Part shown: positions 41,664 to 57,600 of the stretch, in pieces
Position numbering within the stretch: the first letter of the stretch is position 1
Layout of the letters: each line of letters begins with the position of its first letter
Assembly: GCF_011386835.1 (NCBI RefSeq)
Contig: NC_088797.1
Coordinates: 29,574,001 to 29,638,000, forward strand
Direction: 5' to 3'
DNA from: Chrysemys picta bellii
Lineage: Eukaryota
DNA: 64,000 bases
The notes under the pieces: generated by a model
Databases searched by the model: none
Told to the model about the DNA's origin: nothing
What the model saw: the letters and a program-made list of their open reading frames with translations, nothing else
Made by a program: the position numbers and the translations under genes

Positions 41664-42475
41664 GGGCACTGGCAGAGCTGGGGGGAGCCCAGGGCTGGGG
41701 TAGCAGAAGGCTGTGGGTTGGGGGGCACTGGCAGAGCTGGGGTGGGGTGGGGGGAGCCCAGGGCTGGGGTAGCAGAAGGCTGTGGGTTGGGGGGCACGGG
41801 CAGAGCTGGGGTGGGGTGGGGGGAGCCCAGAGCTGGGGTAGCAGAAGGCTGTGGGTTGGGGGTGAGGGGCACTGGCAGAGCTGGGGGGAGCCCAGGGCTG
41901 GGGTAGCAGAAGGCTGTGGGTTGGGGGTGAGGGGCACTGGCAGAGCTGGGGTGAGGTGAGGTGGGGTGGGGGGAGCCCAGGGCTGGGGTAGCAGAAGGCT
42001 GTGGGTTGGGGGTGAGGGGCACTGGCAGAGCTGGGGTGGGGTGGGGGGAGCCCAGAGCTGGGGTAGCAGAAGGCTGTGGGTTGGGGGGCACGGGCAGAGG
42101 TGGGGTGGGGGGAGCCCAGAGCTGGGGTAGCAGAAGGCTGTGGGTTGGGGGTGAGGGGCACTGGCAGAGCTGGGGTGGGGTGGGGGGAGCCCAGAGCTGG
42201 GGTAGCAGAAGGCTGTGGGTTGGGGGTGAGGGGCACTGGCAGAGCTGGGGTGAGGTGAGGTGGGGTGGGGGGAGCCCAGAGCTGGGGTAGCAGAAGGCTG
42301 TGGGTTGGGGGTGAGGGGCACTGGCAGAGCTGGGGTGGGGTGGGGGGAGCCCAGAGCTGGGGTAGCAGAAGGCTGTGGGTTGGGGACGAGGGGCACTGGC
42401 AGAGCTGGGGGGAGCCCAGGGCTGGGGTAGCAGGAAGCTGTGGGTTGGGGGAGAGGGGCACTGGCAGAGCTGAGG
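41664..42475 (+). repeat. G-rich VNTR, 60-88-bp units, about 11 copies
   Basis: GGCACTGGCAGAGCTGGGG(TGGGG)nGAGCCCAG(G/A)GCTGGGGTAGCAGAAGGCTGTGGGTTGGGGG. The AGAAGGCTGTGGGTT core or a close variant occurs 11 times. Confidence 0.96.
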
Positions 42476-42652
42476 AGGCAACTCCCCATGCCCACAGAGA
42501 CCCCTCTAGCTGCCTCGCTCCTTCTATCGCTTCCCCCTCCCCGGCAGTGCAGTGGGGCTCCCCTGATCTCGGCCACCAAGCAGTGGGGTCAGGAAGCACT
42601 AGGGGGCAGGTGCCTTGCTCAACCCCCATCCCACCTGGCCAGGCTACAGGGC

Positions 42653-43076
42653 CAGTGGCTCTCAACCTTTCCAGACTACTGTAACCCTTTCAGGAGTCGG
42701 ATTTGTCTTGCATAACCCCAAATTTCACGTCACTTAACAACTACTTGCTTACAAAATCATACATAAAAATAGAAAAGTGTCACAGCACATTATTACTGAC
42801 ATATTACTTACTTTCTCCTTTTTACTATTATAAAAAAATATATAAAATAATTATAAAAAAATCAAATGGAATATAAATATTGTACTTTCATTTTGCTTCT
42901 CGGTTCTCTATGAGCTGAGGGGTGAAAACATTATATAGAGAGCAATATATACAGGTCATTGTATGAAATTTTAGTTTGTTCTGACTTTGCTAGTGCTTTT
43001 TCTGTAGCCTGTTGTAAAAGTAGGCAAATATCTAGATGAGCTGATGTAGCCCCTGGAAGATCACTGAGATCCACTG
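42653..43076. mobile_element. AT-rich hAT (Charlie-like) MITE
   Basis: Starts CAGTGGCTCTCAACC and ends with a degenerate ...GAGATCCACTG. Flanks CTACAGGG(C) / CTATAGGG (7 of 8). Confidence 0.75.
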
Positions 43077-43213
43077 CTATAGGGCTTTTAGCCTGGCTGG
43101 GGAGGGGGTAAGGGATAGGGGAAGAGGCAGCATGTGTGTGAGAAGAGGAATGTACACATTGATGAGCAGGTTCATACATATTCATGAAGTTGACCCAGAT
43201 GGGGCTTTCAAGG

Positions 43214-43536
43214 TAGGGTGACCATATTTCCCAAAGGGAAAATGGGACACAGTGCAGGGCCTGGCCCGAGTGCCCCCCCCTCCCCCGACGGGGCTGGCCT
43301 GAGCTGCTCACCCAAGCCCTGCCTCCCCCTTCCCGTGCACAGCCGGCGCTCGGGTCACCTGAGCCCTGCCTGCCCCCTGCACGTTTATCCACACCAAACC
43401 ACACCCCACCTTTTTGACAAAAGTGGGCATTTGTCGTTTGCTCTTGCCAACTGATGAAGTCAAAAAAGTCGGGATGGCCAGGACAGGGCTTAAAAGAGGG
43501 ACTGTCCTGGCCAAAACGGGACATATGGTCACCCTA
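43214..43536. mobile_element. hAT MITE, 323 bp
   Basis: Perfect TIRs TAGGGTGACCATAT / ATATGGTCACCCTA. TSD TTTCAAGG / CTTCAAGG (7 of 8). Confidence 0.92.
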
Positions 43537-44316
43537 CTTCAAGGGGTCATGCTGAGAAAGAAGGGGAACCAACCTGCCCCCACCATGGGATCCACTGACC
43601 TTTCTTCAGATCATCCTTCCTCACCAGCTCTCCCCAACCCAGATGACTCCCTCCAACACACACACATACAGGTGGTTTCTCAATTTGATCTATGAGGGGG
43701 ATAATCTAGGAGCATTTGGTTAATCCCTTGGGATAGATATTCTTTTGCCTGGAGACAGTTCTGCCCCGCAGACAGCCCTTACGCAGCTCTGAGACTCGGG
43801 TGTCTCTGGGGTGGGGCATAGGGACTGTTTATACAGGGATCCCTCCCTTGGTTCTGAGTCAGTTTCCTGTGGGGTGGTGTGCAGGGGCTGTTAATACAGG
43901 GTTCGCTGGTGTGGTGGGCTCAACATTGGTTTTGGGGAAGAGCACTCCCTGCTGAGTCTTGCAGGATGCCCGGAACAGCAGCATAGAGAGGTTTGGCACT
44001 GCCTGTTAACTCTGGAGCATAATGGTGACCACTTATATGTGACATGTAAATTGTGCTTGGGTTTTGGCCCAAAGGATGGGAGCAGCAGTAGGATTGTCCC
44101 TAAGATGTATAACCAGGGTTGCTTGTAGGGTTGGATGAACAGGGTGGTCACCTAACTTCCAGGGGGTACTGTGCCACTCAGCCTTTTTCCCCCCCTTTCC
44201 TGCAGCCACTACCTCAGGGCAGTGCAGTTGAGGGGGTACCCACAATGTTTGCAACACTGCCAGGCAAAATGCCTAGGATTGCTCCTGGGTACAGCCCAGC
44301 CAAACTATCCCTTTGG

Positions 44317-44602
44317 CAGTATTGCCAACCCCAAGTGTTCAAAAGTCATGAGATTGGCTTTAAAATCATGAGGTTATGTAAACATAATTGATTTGGTGTT
44401 TTTTAGTTGTCTTCTGCTTTTTGAGCCTTTAGGGTGCATTGTGGTCTCATTTTGAAGCTTTCTCCACAGCCACAAGGGCTAGAAACTTATTGTTCTTTAA
44501 GAATGAAGGCTGAAGTCCTCACATCTCCACTTGACTCCAGGAGTTGAGGCTTTAAGGAAAACTATAATTACCATGACAAAATCATGAGAGTTGGCAACAC
44601 TG
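44317..44602. mobile_element. Older hAT-type MITE
   Basis: TIRs CAGTATTGCCAAC / GTTGGCAACACTG (1 mismatch) and an AT-rich interior. The TSD is not preserved. Confidence 0.65.
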
Positions 44603-44755
44603 CTGTGGGCAAGGCTGGGTCTGGGCAGGGGCCAGAGTAATCAGCCAGGGAATGGGAAGGGAGTGGGGAGCAAGGACTCCAGAGCAGCTCTGGTCCCTCC
44701 CCCAACACCTAAGGCCTAGGACCAGTGGGGGTGGCCTCCCGGCTGCCCTAGATGT

Positions 44756-44947
44756 CCTTATAAGGAGTGGATGCTGCAGGAGGCGGGGCCTATTTTTGTG
44801 CTGCTGTTCACGCCCTTATTTGGAAGCGACGCAATGATGGGGGGAGGGAACAGAGCCAGGAAGGGGAAGGGGGCGGGCTTAGGGAGAGGCTCAGCCAACC
44901 AATCCGGTCTTCGGATTGGGCTGCCCTAGAGCCTGTCACTCTATATA
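44756..44947 (+). promoter_or_regulatory. CArG-CArG-GC box-CCAAT-TATA module upstream of CFL1
   Basis: Perfect CArG boxes CCTTATAAGG (44756-44765) and CCTTATTTGG (44814-44823), CCAAT (44899-44903), ATTGG (44915-44919), TATATA (44942-44947). Confidence 0.6.
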
Positions 44948-45697
44948 CATACCCCACCTCCCCTTGCACCGGTTCCCCCCACCCAACCCCCCCAGCCCCG
45001 GGACCAGCAGCGCCTGAACAACATGATTTATTATCGCAACTGTTGTTTTATTTCTAGGCGGGGTCCCACGTGGGAGGTTGGACCTCAGCCCCTGGGGAGG
45101 ATCCCGCTACCAAGCCCCTTGGTCACTATCCTGGGGTCCCGGCTCCCACCCACCCTGCTGTAACCCTCTAGAGCGCCACCCAGAGCCGGGGCAAGCACCC
45201 AGGAGTCCAGGCTGCACCACCTGCTGCCCCCAGCACGGCAGCGGGTCTAAGTCTGGGCCCCAGCCCCAGGGCCCTGCAGGAGGCGTGGAGATGATTAAAG
45301 ATCATCATCCCATTATTCAATGGGGTCTACGTTACCCATGATGCACTGCAACTGCAGGACACCCCGCTGTGCTTTCTCTCAGACTAGGCGCGCCGGCGCC
45401 TCCCTGCCCCCGGGACTACATCTCCCATGATCCCCCGGAATGCAGCTCTCATCCTTCCCTCGCGCTCCCCCCGCCATTTCCCTGCGCTTTGCGGCTCCTG
45501 CCCAGCGGCACGGACTCCATTTCCCTGCGTGCCCCACGGCCCGCGCCGCCCGGAAGTACCCCTCCCCCATAAAGCGGAAGCGGGCGGCCGGTTGGTTTGG
45601 GGCGGGGCAGTACTTGGTCTCGACACCGACCGACCGAGAAGCTGCTGCAGAGCGAACCCCGCGCAGCCCGGATCGTGATCCCCCTGCCCGCAGCACC

Positions 45698-51373
<5,676 letters not shown>

Positions 51374-52418
51374 GCCGCTCCCAGTGCCAGTTTATACCGG
51401 AGCTTCCATGTTAATCAGTCCTGTGCTACCTTTTTTGGGGGGGGTGGGGGTGGGAGAGCCGTTGGGGTGGGGTGGGGTGGGATAATTCCTTAGATAATGT
51501 TTCGATTCTTTCCCTCCTAAGTCTCCTTCTCCGGTTTGCACGATCAGAGTCCCCAAGACACTCCACAGCCCGGCCACAACTGCTGTGCAGGGCACCTGCC
51601 AAACCCACTGCCTCCTCGGTTACCTGGAACTTCCGCCTTGGAGACCAAGGGGACCATTCCCTGGGCACTGTAGCTTCTCAAGGTCCGGGGCTATTCCACC
51701 ATCAGAAGGGACCATGCATTGAGCTCTCTCGCTTGATGTCTATAGACACCAAGAAGGGCCCATTCTTGGAGTGCTGGAGTTCAGTCTTGGGATTGTTCCA
51801 CCATTCATGGGGATCATCCCCTGAGCTCTGTCTAGTTCTGGGACCATTCCCCGTTTCCATTCCAGTAATGTCTCCTTCAAAGGTTGATCAGGGACCAACT
51901 GGCTTCATCGTTACGTTGCCCTCTCCTGACAGCCCATCTCAAATCCTCCATAGGACTGAGGTCTTGATGGCCAGTCCACTGCTGGCCAGGGTGTTCCCAA
52001 AAGGGGCTAGTGAGTGAGGGACCCTCCAACAGCCAACCCCAGGTCTTGAGCCACTAGCAGTTTCTGGTGGAAGGTGACATCCTAGTAGCTCCTCTTAACT
52101 GCATCCCTGTAGCCTCCTCCTGACTGGAATTAGAAATTTCTGGTGTGTGTAAATTTTTTTTTTTTTTAAGGGTTTTGTGTTTTGAAACAGTGAAAGATGC
52201 TGATTCTCTCTGGCCCCACCGGGAGAGCTGGGGGTGTCCCCGGAAAGCAACCCCCTGCTGCCAATGCGTCCATGACTTAGTGGCTTTGTGCTTGTCTGTA
52301 GTACTGTGTATAAATGGAATATTGTGGAGAAACTTGCAAAATTTAAGTAACTGGAGGCTGGGACACACCCTTCCAGTGGAACTTACTAATATGGAAGCAG
52401 CACCTGTAATGACCTTCA

Positions 52419-52424
52419 ATTAAA
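52419..52424 (+). terminator. Probable CFL1 polyadenylation signal
   Basis: ATTAAA at the end of a 3'UTR of about 1.05 kb, followed by a U-rich tract at about 52456-52465. Confidence 0.65.
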
Positions 52425-53708
52425 AAATGAATGCTAACAAGCTACTGCCCTGCCTGGTTTTATTTGGCAGGTTTGAGGCCACCAGAGAAACTGAGACAGA
52501 GGGACATTAGGGCTGGAACTAGTACCCAGGAGTCCTGGCTCCTGGGAGCCTGCAATCAGTGCTGAGCCTTGGGTGTGGGTGGCCATGGGAGCTGGGTGTA
52601 GCTGCTGCTTATGAGTAACAGCACCTGCCTTTTCTTGTAAAACACACAGGAGTGCAGGGGGACCTGGGCAGGTCCTGCCCTAGGCAGCTAGACTGCTCCC
52701 CACCCCCTTCCTGAGGCCAGCTCCACCTGTCTCCAGTCAGTCAGGCCTGGCGTGGTGCCCTAGCCCTCTTGCAGCTGTTCAAAGTCCCATGCTGGGTGTG
52801 AAGGAGCAGCGGTGCTGAGACCTGCAAGCATCTCCCTCCATGTAGTGTCTCCTATGGAAGCCCTGCATTAGCCTGGCCTGGGGGTGGATAAGGGCGGGGG
52901 GGCATAAATCATAGCTGGGATCAGCCCTTTGCTCCTTGGACCTGCCAGCAGAGCTGTTCAGGGGGTTGGGACTATGAGGGGGGACAATGGTGCTGCCCCC
53001 TCCCTGCTCTCACCATCTCTTGCTGCCCCCAGAAGCCACCCACAGCTTCATCCTGTGTGGAGGGAGAAGGAGGCTAGCATTACCCCACAGGAGTGCAACT
53101 GGCTAAAGCTAACCTGCTCTAATCCACCAGCCCCCGAGGGGGAGCTAGAACCCAGGAGTCCTAGCTAACAGCCGCCTTATGGTCTAACTGGACCATGGGT
53201 GAGTGATGCTTGGAAGGGTTTGGGGAGGGGCAGGAGCCAGGATCCCTGGGTGTGTTTGAAGGTCTCCTTTCCTAGTGCTAGTCCCTGTCAGGCCATATAC
53301 AGCCTTAGGAGGGGATGAGGCCTGAACAGGTTCCCTGCCTTCTGGGGTGTATTCCCTCACAGGGGGAGCCAGGGGAGGGGAGAGCTCTTCCTGGCAGCTG
53401 TGTGGGCACTGCTGGGGGGAGGCCAAGCCTCTCCCACCCCACGGCAAGTTCACAGTGGTTTGGGATGCTAGGCCAGCTTCTCTGCTCGGAGTGATCAGCT
53501 CGGGGTGCTGTGATCGAGCAATGCTGGGGCTGGTGGGAGTCAGGGTGAGCAACCTTTGAAAGAGGGAAGTCCCAGCAGCAGGGGAGGAAGCAGGGCTGGG
53601 GTGAGAGCCTTGATGCTGTGGGGGGGGCTGGGCCCTAGCTGAGCAGGTTTGGCAAAGGGGGGGTTGATAATGAGGCTGCATGGGGTGAAGCTGGATACAA
53701 AATGGGCC

Positions 53709-53714
53709 TTTATT
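53709..53714 (-). terminator. Probable SNX32 proximal polyadenylation signal
   Basis: TTTATT on +, about 920 nt beyond the SNX32 stop. Confidence 0.55.
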
Positions 53715-53896
53715 GGGGGAGTTTGGGGCTGGGGGGTACAGAGTTGGATAGAATTGAATGATGATAGCCTACTGCAGTTTCACACTTCCCCCTATCTCAC
53801 ACCCCTTCCTCCCCTCATTCTGCCCCTCCCCCTGCATCTAGTTGCTGGGAGATGGCATCTAGCCTGGATTCTTGTGCATGGCTAGAACACCTCCAA

Positions 53897-54194
53897 ATCA
53901 AAGGACTGGAAGGGACCTCAAGAGGTCATCTAGTCCCCTGCACTCAAGGCAGGACTAAGTATTATCTCTGACAGGTGTTTGTCTAACATGCTCTTAAAAA
54001 TCCCCCATGATGGAGATTCCACAATCTCCCTAGGCAATTTATTCCAGTGCTTAACCACCCTGACAGTTAGGAAGTTTTTCCTAATGTCCAACCTAAACCG
54101 CCCTTGCTGCAATTTGAGCCCATTGCTTCTTGTCCTATCCTCAGAGGGTAAGAAGAAATTTTTTCTCCTTTAAACAACCTTTCATGTACTTGAA
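53897..54194 (-). mobile_element. CR1 3'-end fragment in the SNX32 3' region
   Basis: Translation GRFRLDIRKNFLTVRVVKHWNKLPREIVESPS plus CR1 3'UTR (GGAAGGGACCTCAAGAGGTCATCTAGTCC on +). Confidence 0.92.
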
Positions 54195-54633
54195 TGCACC
54201 TTAACATCCCCCCACCCCATGTGGTCTTACTGCAGTCGGGGGGTGGGGGACAGAGGGGAAGGGGCTCACCTACGACCTGTCTCCATGCCCTCCTGCTCTA
54301 ACCCACTATACCTCACTGTCCTTCCAGAGCTGGGGATAGACCCCAGGAGTTCTGGCTCCCAGCCCACTCCCCTCCTAAAGGAACTCTAGGTTGCAGCCAT
54401 CTCTGGGAGGCCAGGGGGAGGGAGTTTAATGGGTGTTGGGGGGGGTTGCCCCCACAGTCAGAGGGGGCCCCCCAGAGTTGGCAGAGCAGGTATGGGGGGG
54501 CTGGAATGCCAACAGGGTTAGGGCAGGGATATATGGGGCTGGATTATGAGGCAGCAGCAGTAGCGCTGGGGGGGGGTCTCTGCACCAAGGCGCTGAGAGG
54601 CCCCTCCCGCAGGTGCAGAGCTGGGTGGTAGTA

Positions 54634-57600
54634 TCAGGCGTCGCCCTTCAGCACAATCAGGGTGTTCCGCAGCAGCAGGCTACTGGCCTGGAAGAGAGGG
54701 GAGGGGGTTAGAGATGGGGAGACACCCCCCCCCAGTGCAATGCTCCAGGGGAAACTGGGACCCCAAGAAAACCTAAAATGATCCACCCCACACCCCTCTC
54801 ACAGCTGGGGACAGAAGCCAGGAGTCCTGGCTCCCAGCCTAACTGGGAGTGGCATTGCACTGAACCTGTACGAGGACCCAAGTGTGTCACACTGCTTCCC
54901 CCTGCAGGCCACACCTGGATATTGCAACTGAGGACAGGGTCTGTGCTGATGAGGGGCATGCAGGTGATTGGGGAGGAGCTCAGACAACCCTCCAGCCCCC
55001 CACCCCAGGGTGCAGAGGTCATGGGGGAGGAGGAACAGGGCTCCCCAGGGGCTTGGGGAGGCAGAGCATGCACTGGGTGAGGAGGGTAAGAAAGAGACGG
55101 GAGCTTCTGAAGGGTCCCAGTTCAGGTTGGGGGGGGGGGCAGGTAGTTGGGGGGGGGAGATCCCCAGGGGTTCCCAGCCAGGGTTGGAGGAGTTTCTGGA
55201 GGGTGGGGGGGAAGTGGTAGTGTCTGCAGCTCCATACTCAGGCTGGGGTAGGGGGGTTCCCAAGGGCTAGCAGGGAGGTGGGTGGGCCCCAGGCAGGGTT
55301 GCAAGATTTCTGGGGGTCCCTGATACCTTGGCATGTTTCAGCTCCAACTCTGCCAGCTCGATCAGGTTCTTGCGAAATGCGGAGATTCGACGTGACTTGA
55401 AATCAGTCAGTTCTGCCCCGGGAGAGAGAGAGAACCCAGGAGATCTGTATCCTAGCCCCCTGCTCTAACCCATTAGACATCCCCCCCACTTCCCCTCCCA
55501 GAGTCCTGGCTCCTAGCCCTTCTGTATTCACCTTGCTTGGCGGAGGCTGATAGCTGTTCAAAGCGCTGACAGCACAGCTGCTGATGGGCCTCAGCCGGCT
55601 TCACCTCCTTGTTCCTCATGCGGGCTCTGTCCAGTGCCTTGTTGGCATTCTCGTAATCAGCCAGGGCCCGCAGGCGCCGGTACAGCAGATCCTGGGGACA
55701 CAGACAGTTATACATCTCCATGCCCCACCCCAGAGGTGGCTGCATCTCAGTGCTGGGTGAGGGAGCCCTATATTAACAGCCCCAGGCCCCATCCCAGAGG
55801 TGGTCGCATCTCTGCACCGTGCTGCCTGTACCTTGGCTGCCTGTGAGTCTCTCATGTAGTACTTGAGCAGATCAGACAGTTTCAGATCCTCATCTGATGC
55901 CACACGGCCCTCCAACTTCTGGGAAGGAGAGGACAGAAGGGGGGGGAGGTTGATCAGCAAAGGGGGTGTGTGTTAATCCCACAGTTAATCCTGAGCCTCT
56001 ACACTCCATCCTTCTGAGCTAATGTCACCCCCTCAGAGGTCCCAAACATCCAGCCATAGGGGGCGCTAGCAAGTGGGGGTGGAGACCCCCTAAGAAGGGG
56101 GCTGGAGGTGCAGGATAGGGGCCATGAAGGCCCTGCCTCCCCACTGCAGAGTCTGTGGGGTGTGGCTGATCCTGGTTGTGGGGTTCAGAGGAAGGTGGGG
56201 GACACCAGGAGATTGGGGAGGTCTGGAGCATGAGGAATGGTGGCAGAGTGTTTGTGTGTGGGGGGAGGTAGAAGCCCCAGAGCAGAGGGGGCCCATGGTA
56301 GAGTAGGGGATGGGGAGAGGCTCCTCACGGGGGGAGGAGCCCTCACTCACCCGCAGCCGTTCAAAGAGTTCAGCCAATTTCAGGAAGCTCCTGGGGAGTG
56401 AAGGGGAGACTCATCAGTGCCCCCCCTGGTACTTTCCCCCCAGTAACCCACCCATTACGCCCCCTCCCCCACACCACCAGCCCCCTAGTGCCCCCACACC
56501 CTTCCCCTACATTAGGGCCCCCTGATATTGCATCTCCCCCACCAGACAGCACCCCATCCCCTTCAGTGTCCCCTGTGTCCTGCCCCCCACCAGACAGCAC
56601 CCATCCCCCAGCTCTGTCTGAGGTGCCTCCTTCCCCCCAGAACTCTACCGCCACTCCGGGAAGTGCCGCCCCCCCCAATCCATCAGCGCCCAACTATCCA
56701 CAGGGCCCCATCACCACCACACTGGGCTGCCTTCCGCACCCCCAAAATGCCTCCCACCTCACCACTCTCCCTCCAGCATCTAATCCCCATTTGGCACCCT
56801 AGGCTGGGAGTGGAAGTGCCCCCTGGTGCCCAACTGGGATCACTGCAGTGGGGGAACAGAGTCCATTCTGGGGGAGGGCACACCTTATAGCAGCCCCCCA
56901 AGCTTGGTGGGGGTTATCAAGCCCCAGTCCCAGTGCCTCTTTCCCCAACACAGCTCCCACAGCAAGCAGTTCTGGGGGCCTGTAGGGAGCCCCTTCCCTG
57001 CACCTCAATACTCACGTCTGGAGCTGGCGGACTTCCTGTGTGCCTAGGCTGCCCAGTGCCACCGAGATGGGGATATAGTCCTCTGCCAGGCCTGTATTGG
57101 GGGGCAGCCATCAGGGCAGGGGATGTACCCCATTAGCCTAGGGACTCCCCCGCACCAAATCAGGACTCCCTGCCTCACACCCACCTCCAGGAGCCCGATG
57201 GGGGTTCCCCTCCCCAGAACCTCCACCACCCTGCCCCTCTGACCCCTAAGGACTCCCCCACTGCCTCCAGATAGGGGACAGCTCCTAGGCAGCTGCCACT
57301 CGCCAGGGGATCCCTGGTGCTAAGCACCCCAGGGGGTCCCCACCCACCAGTGCCCCGACCACCGGGAAGCTCCCCTCCCCAGGGGAGACACTCCTGAAAG
57401 GGGCAGTGCCAGGGGCCAGGGTGGGGCAGGAGGGTGATCCTGGTCCCAGAGGGGGCTGTAGGGGAGGGACCGGAGAGGGAGAACCCCACTCCTCACGTAC
57501 TCTTGTGGGAGCGCATGACGCGGTCGGCCTTGAGGCAGGTGTCACGCACCCGGGCGTGGTACTCCAGCAGGAACGTCCGCTCGTGCTCAAAGAACTCGTC

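Noticed and set aside
41209-42665. Long ORFs of 350-456 aa on the minus strand
   Set aside because: They are translations of the G-rich VNTR, periodic and low-complexity, with no domain.
51472-52017. 181-aa ORF in the CFL1 3'UTR
   Set aside because: Non-ATG start, no recognisable domain, and it lies after the CFL1 stop in a degenerate GGACCATTCC-repeat stretch.
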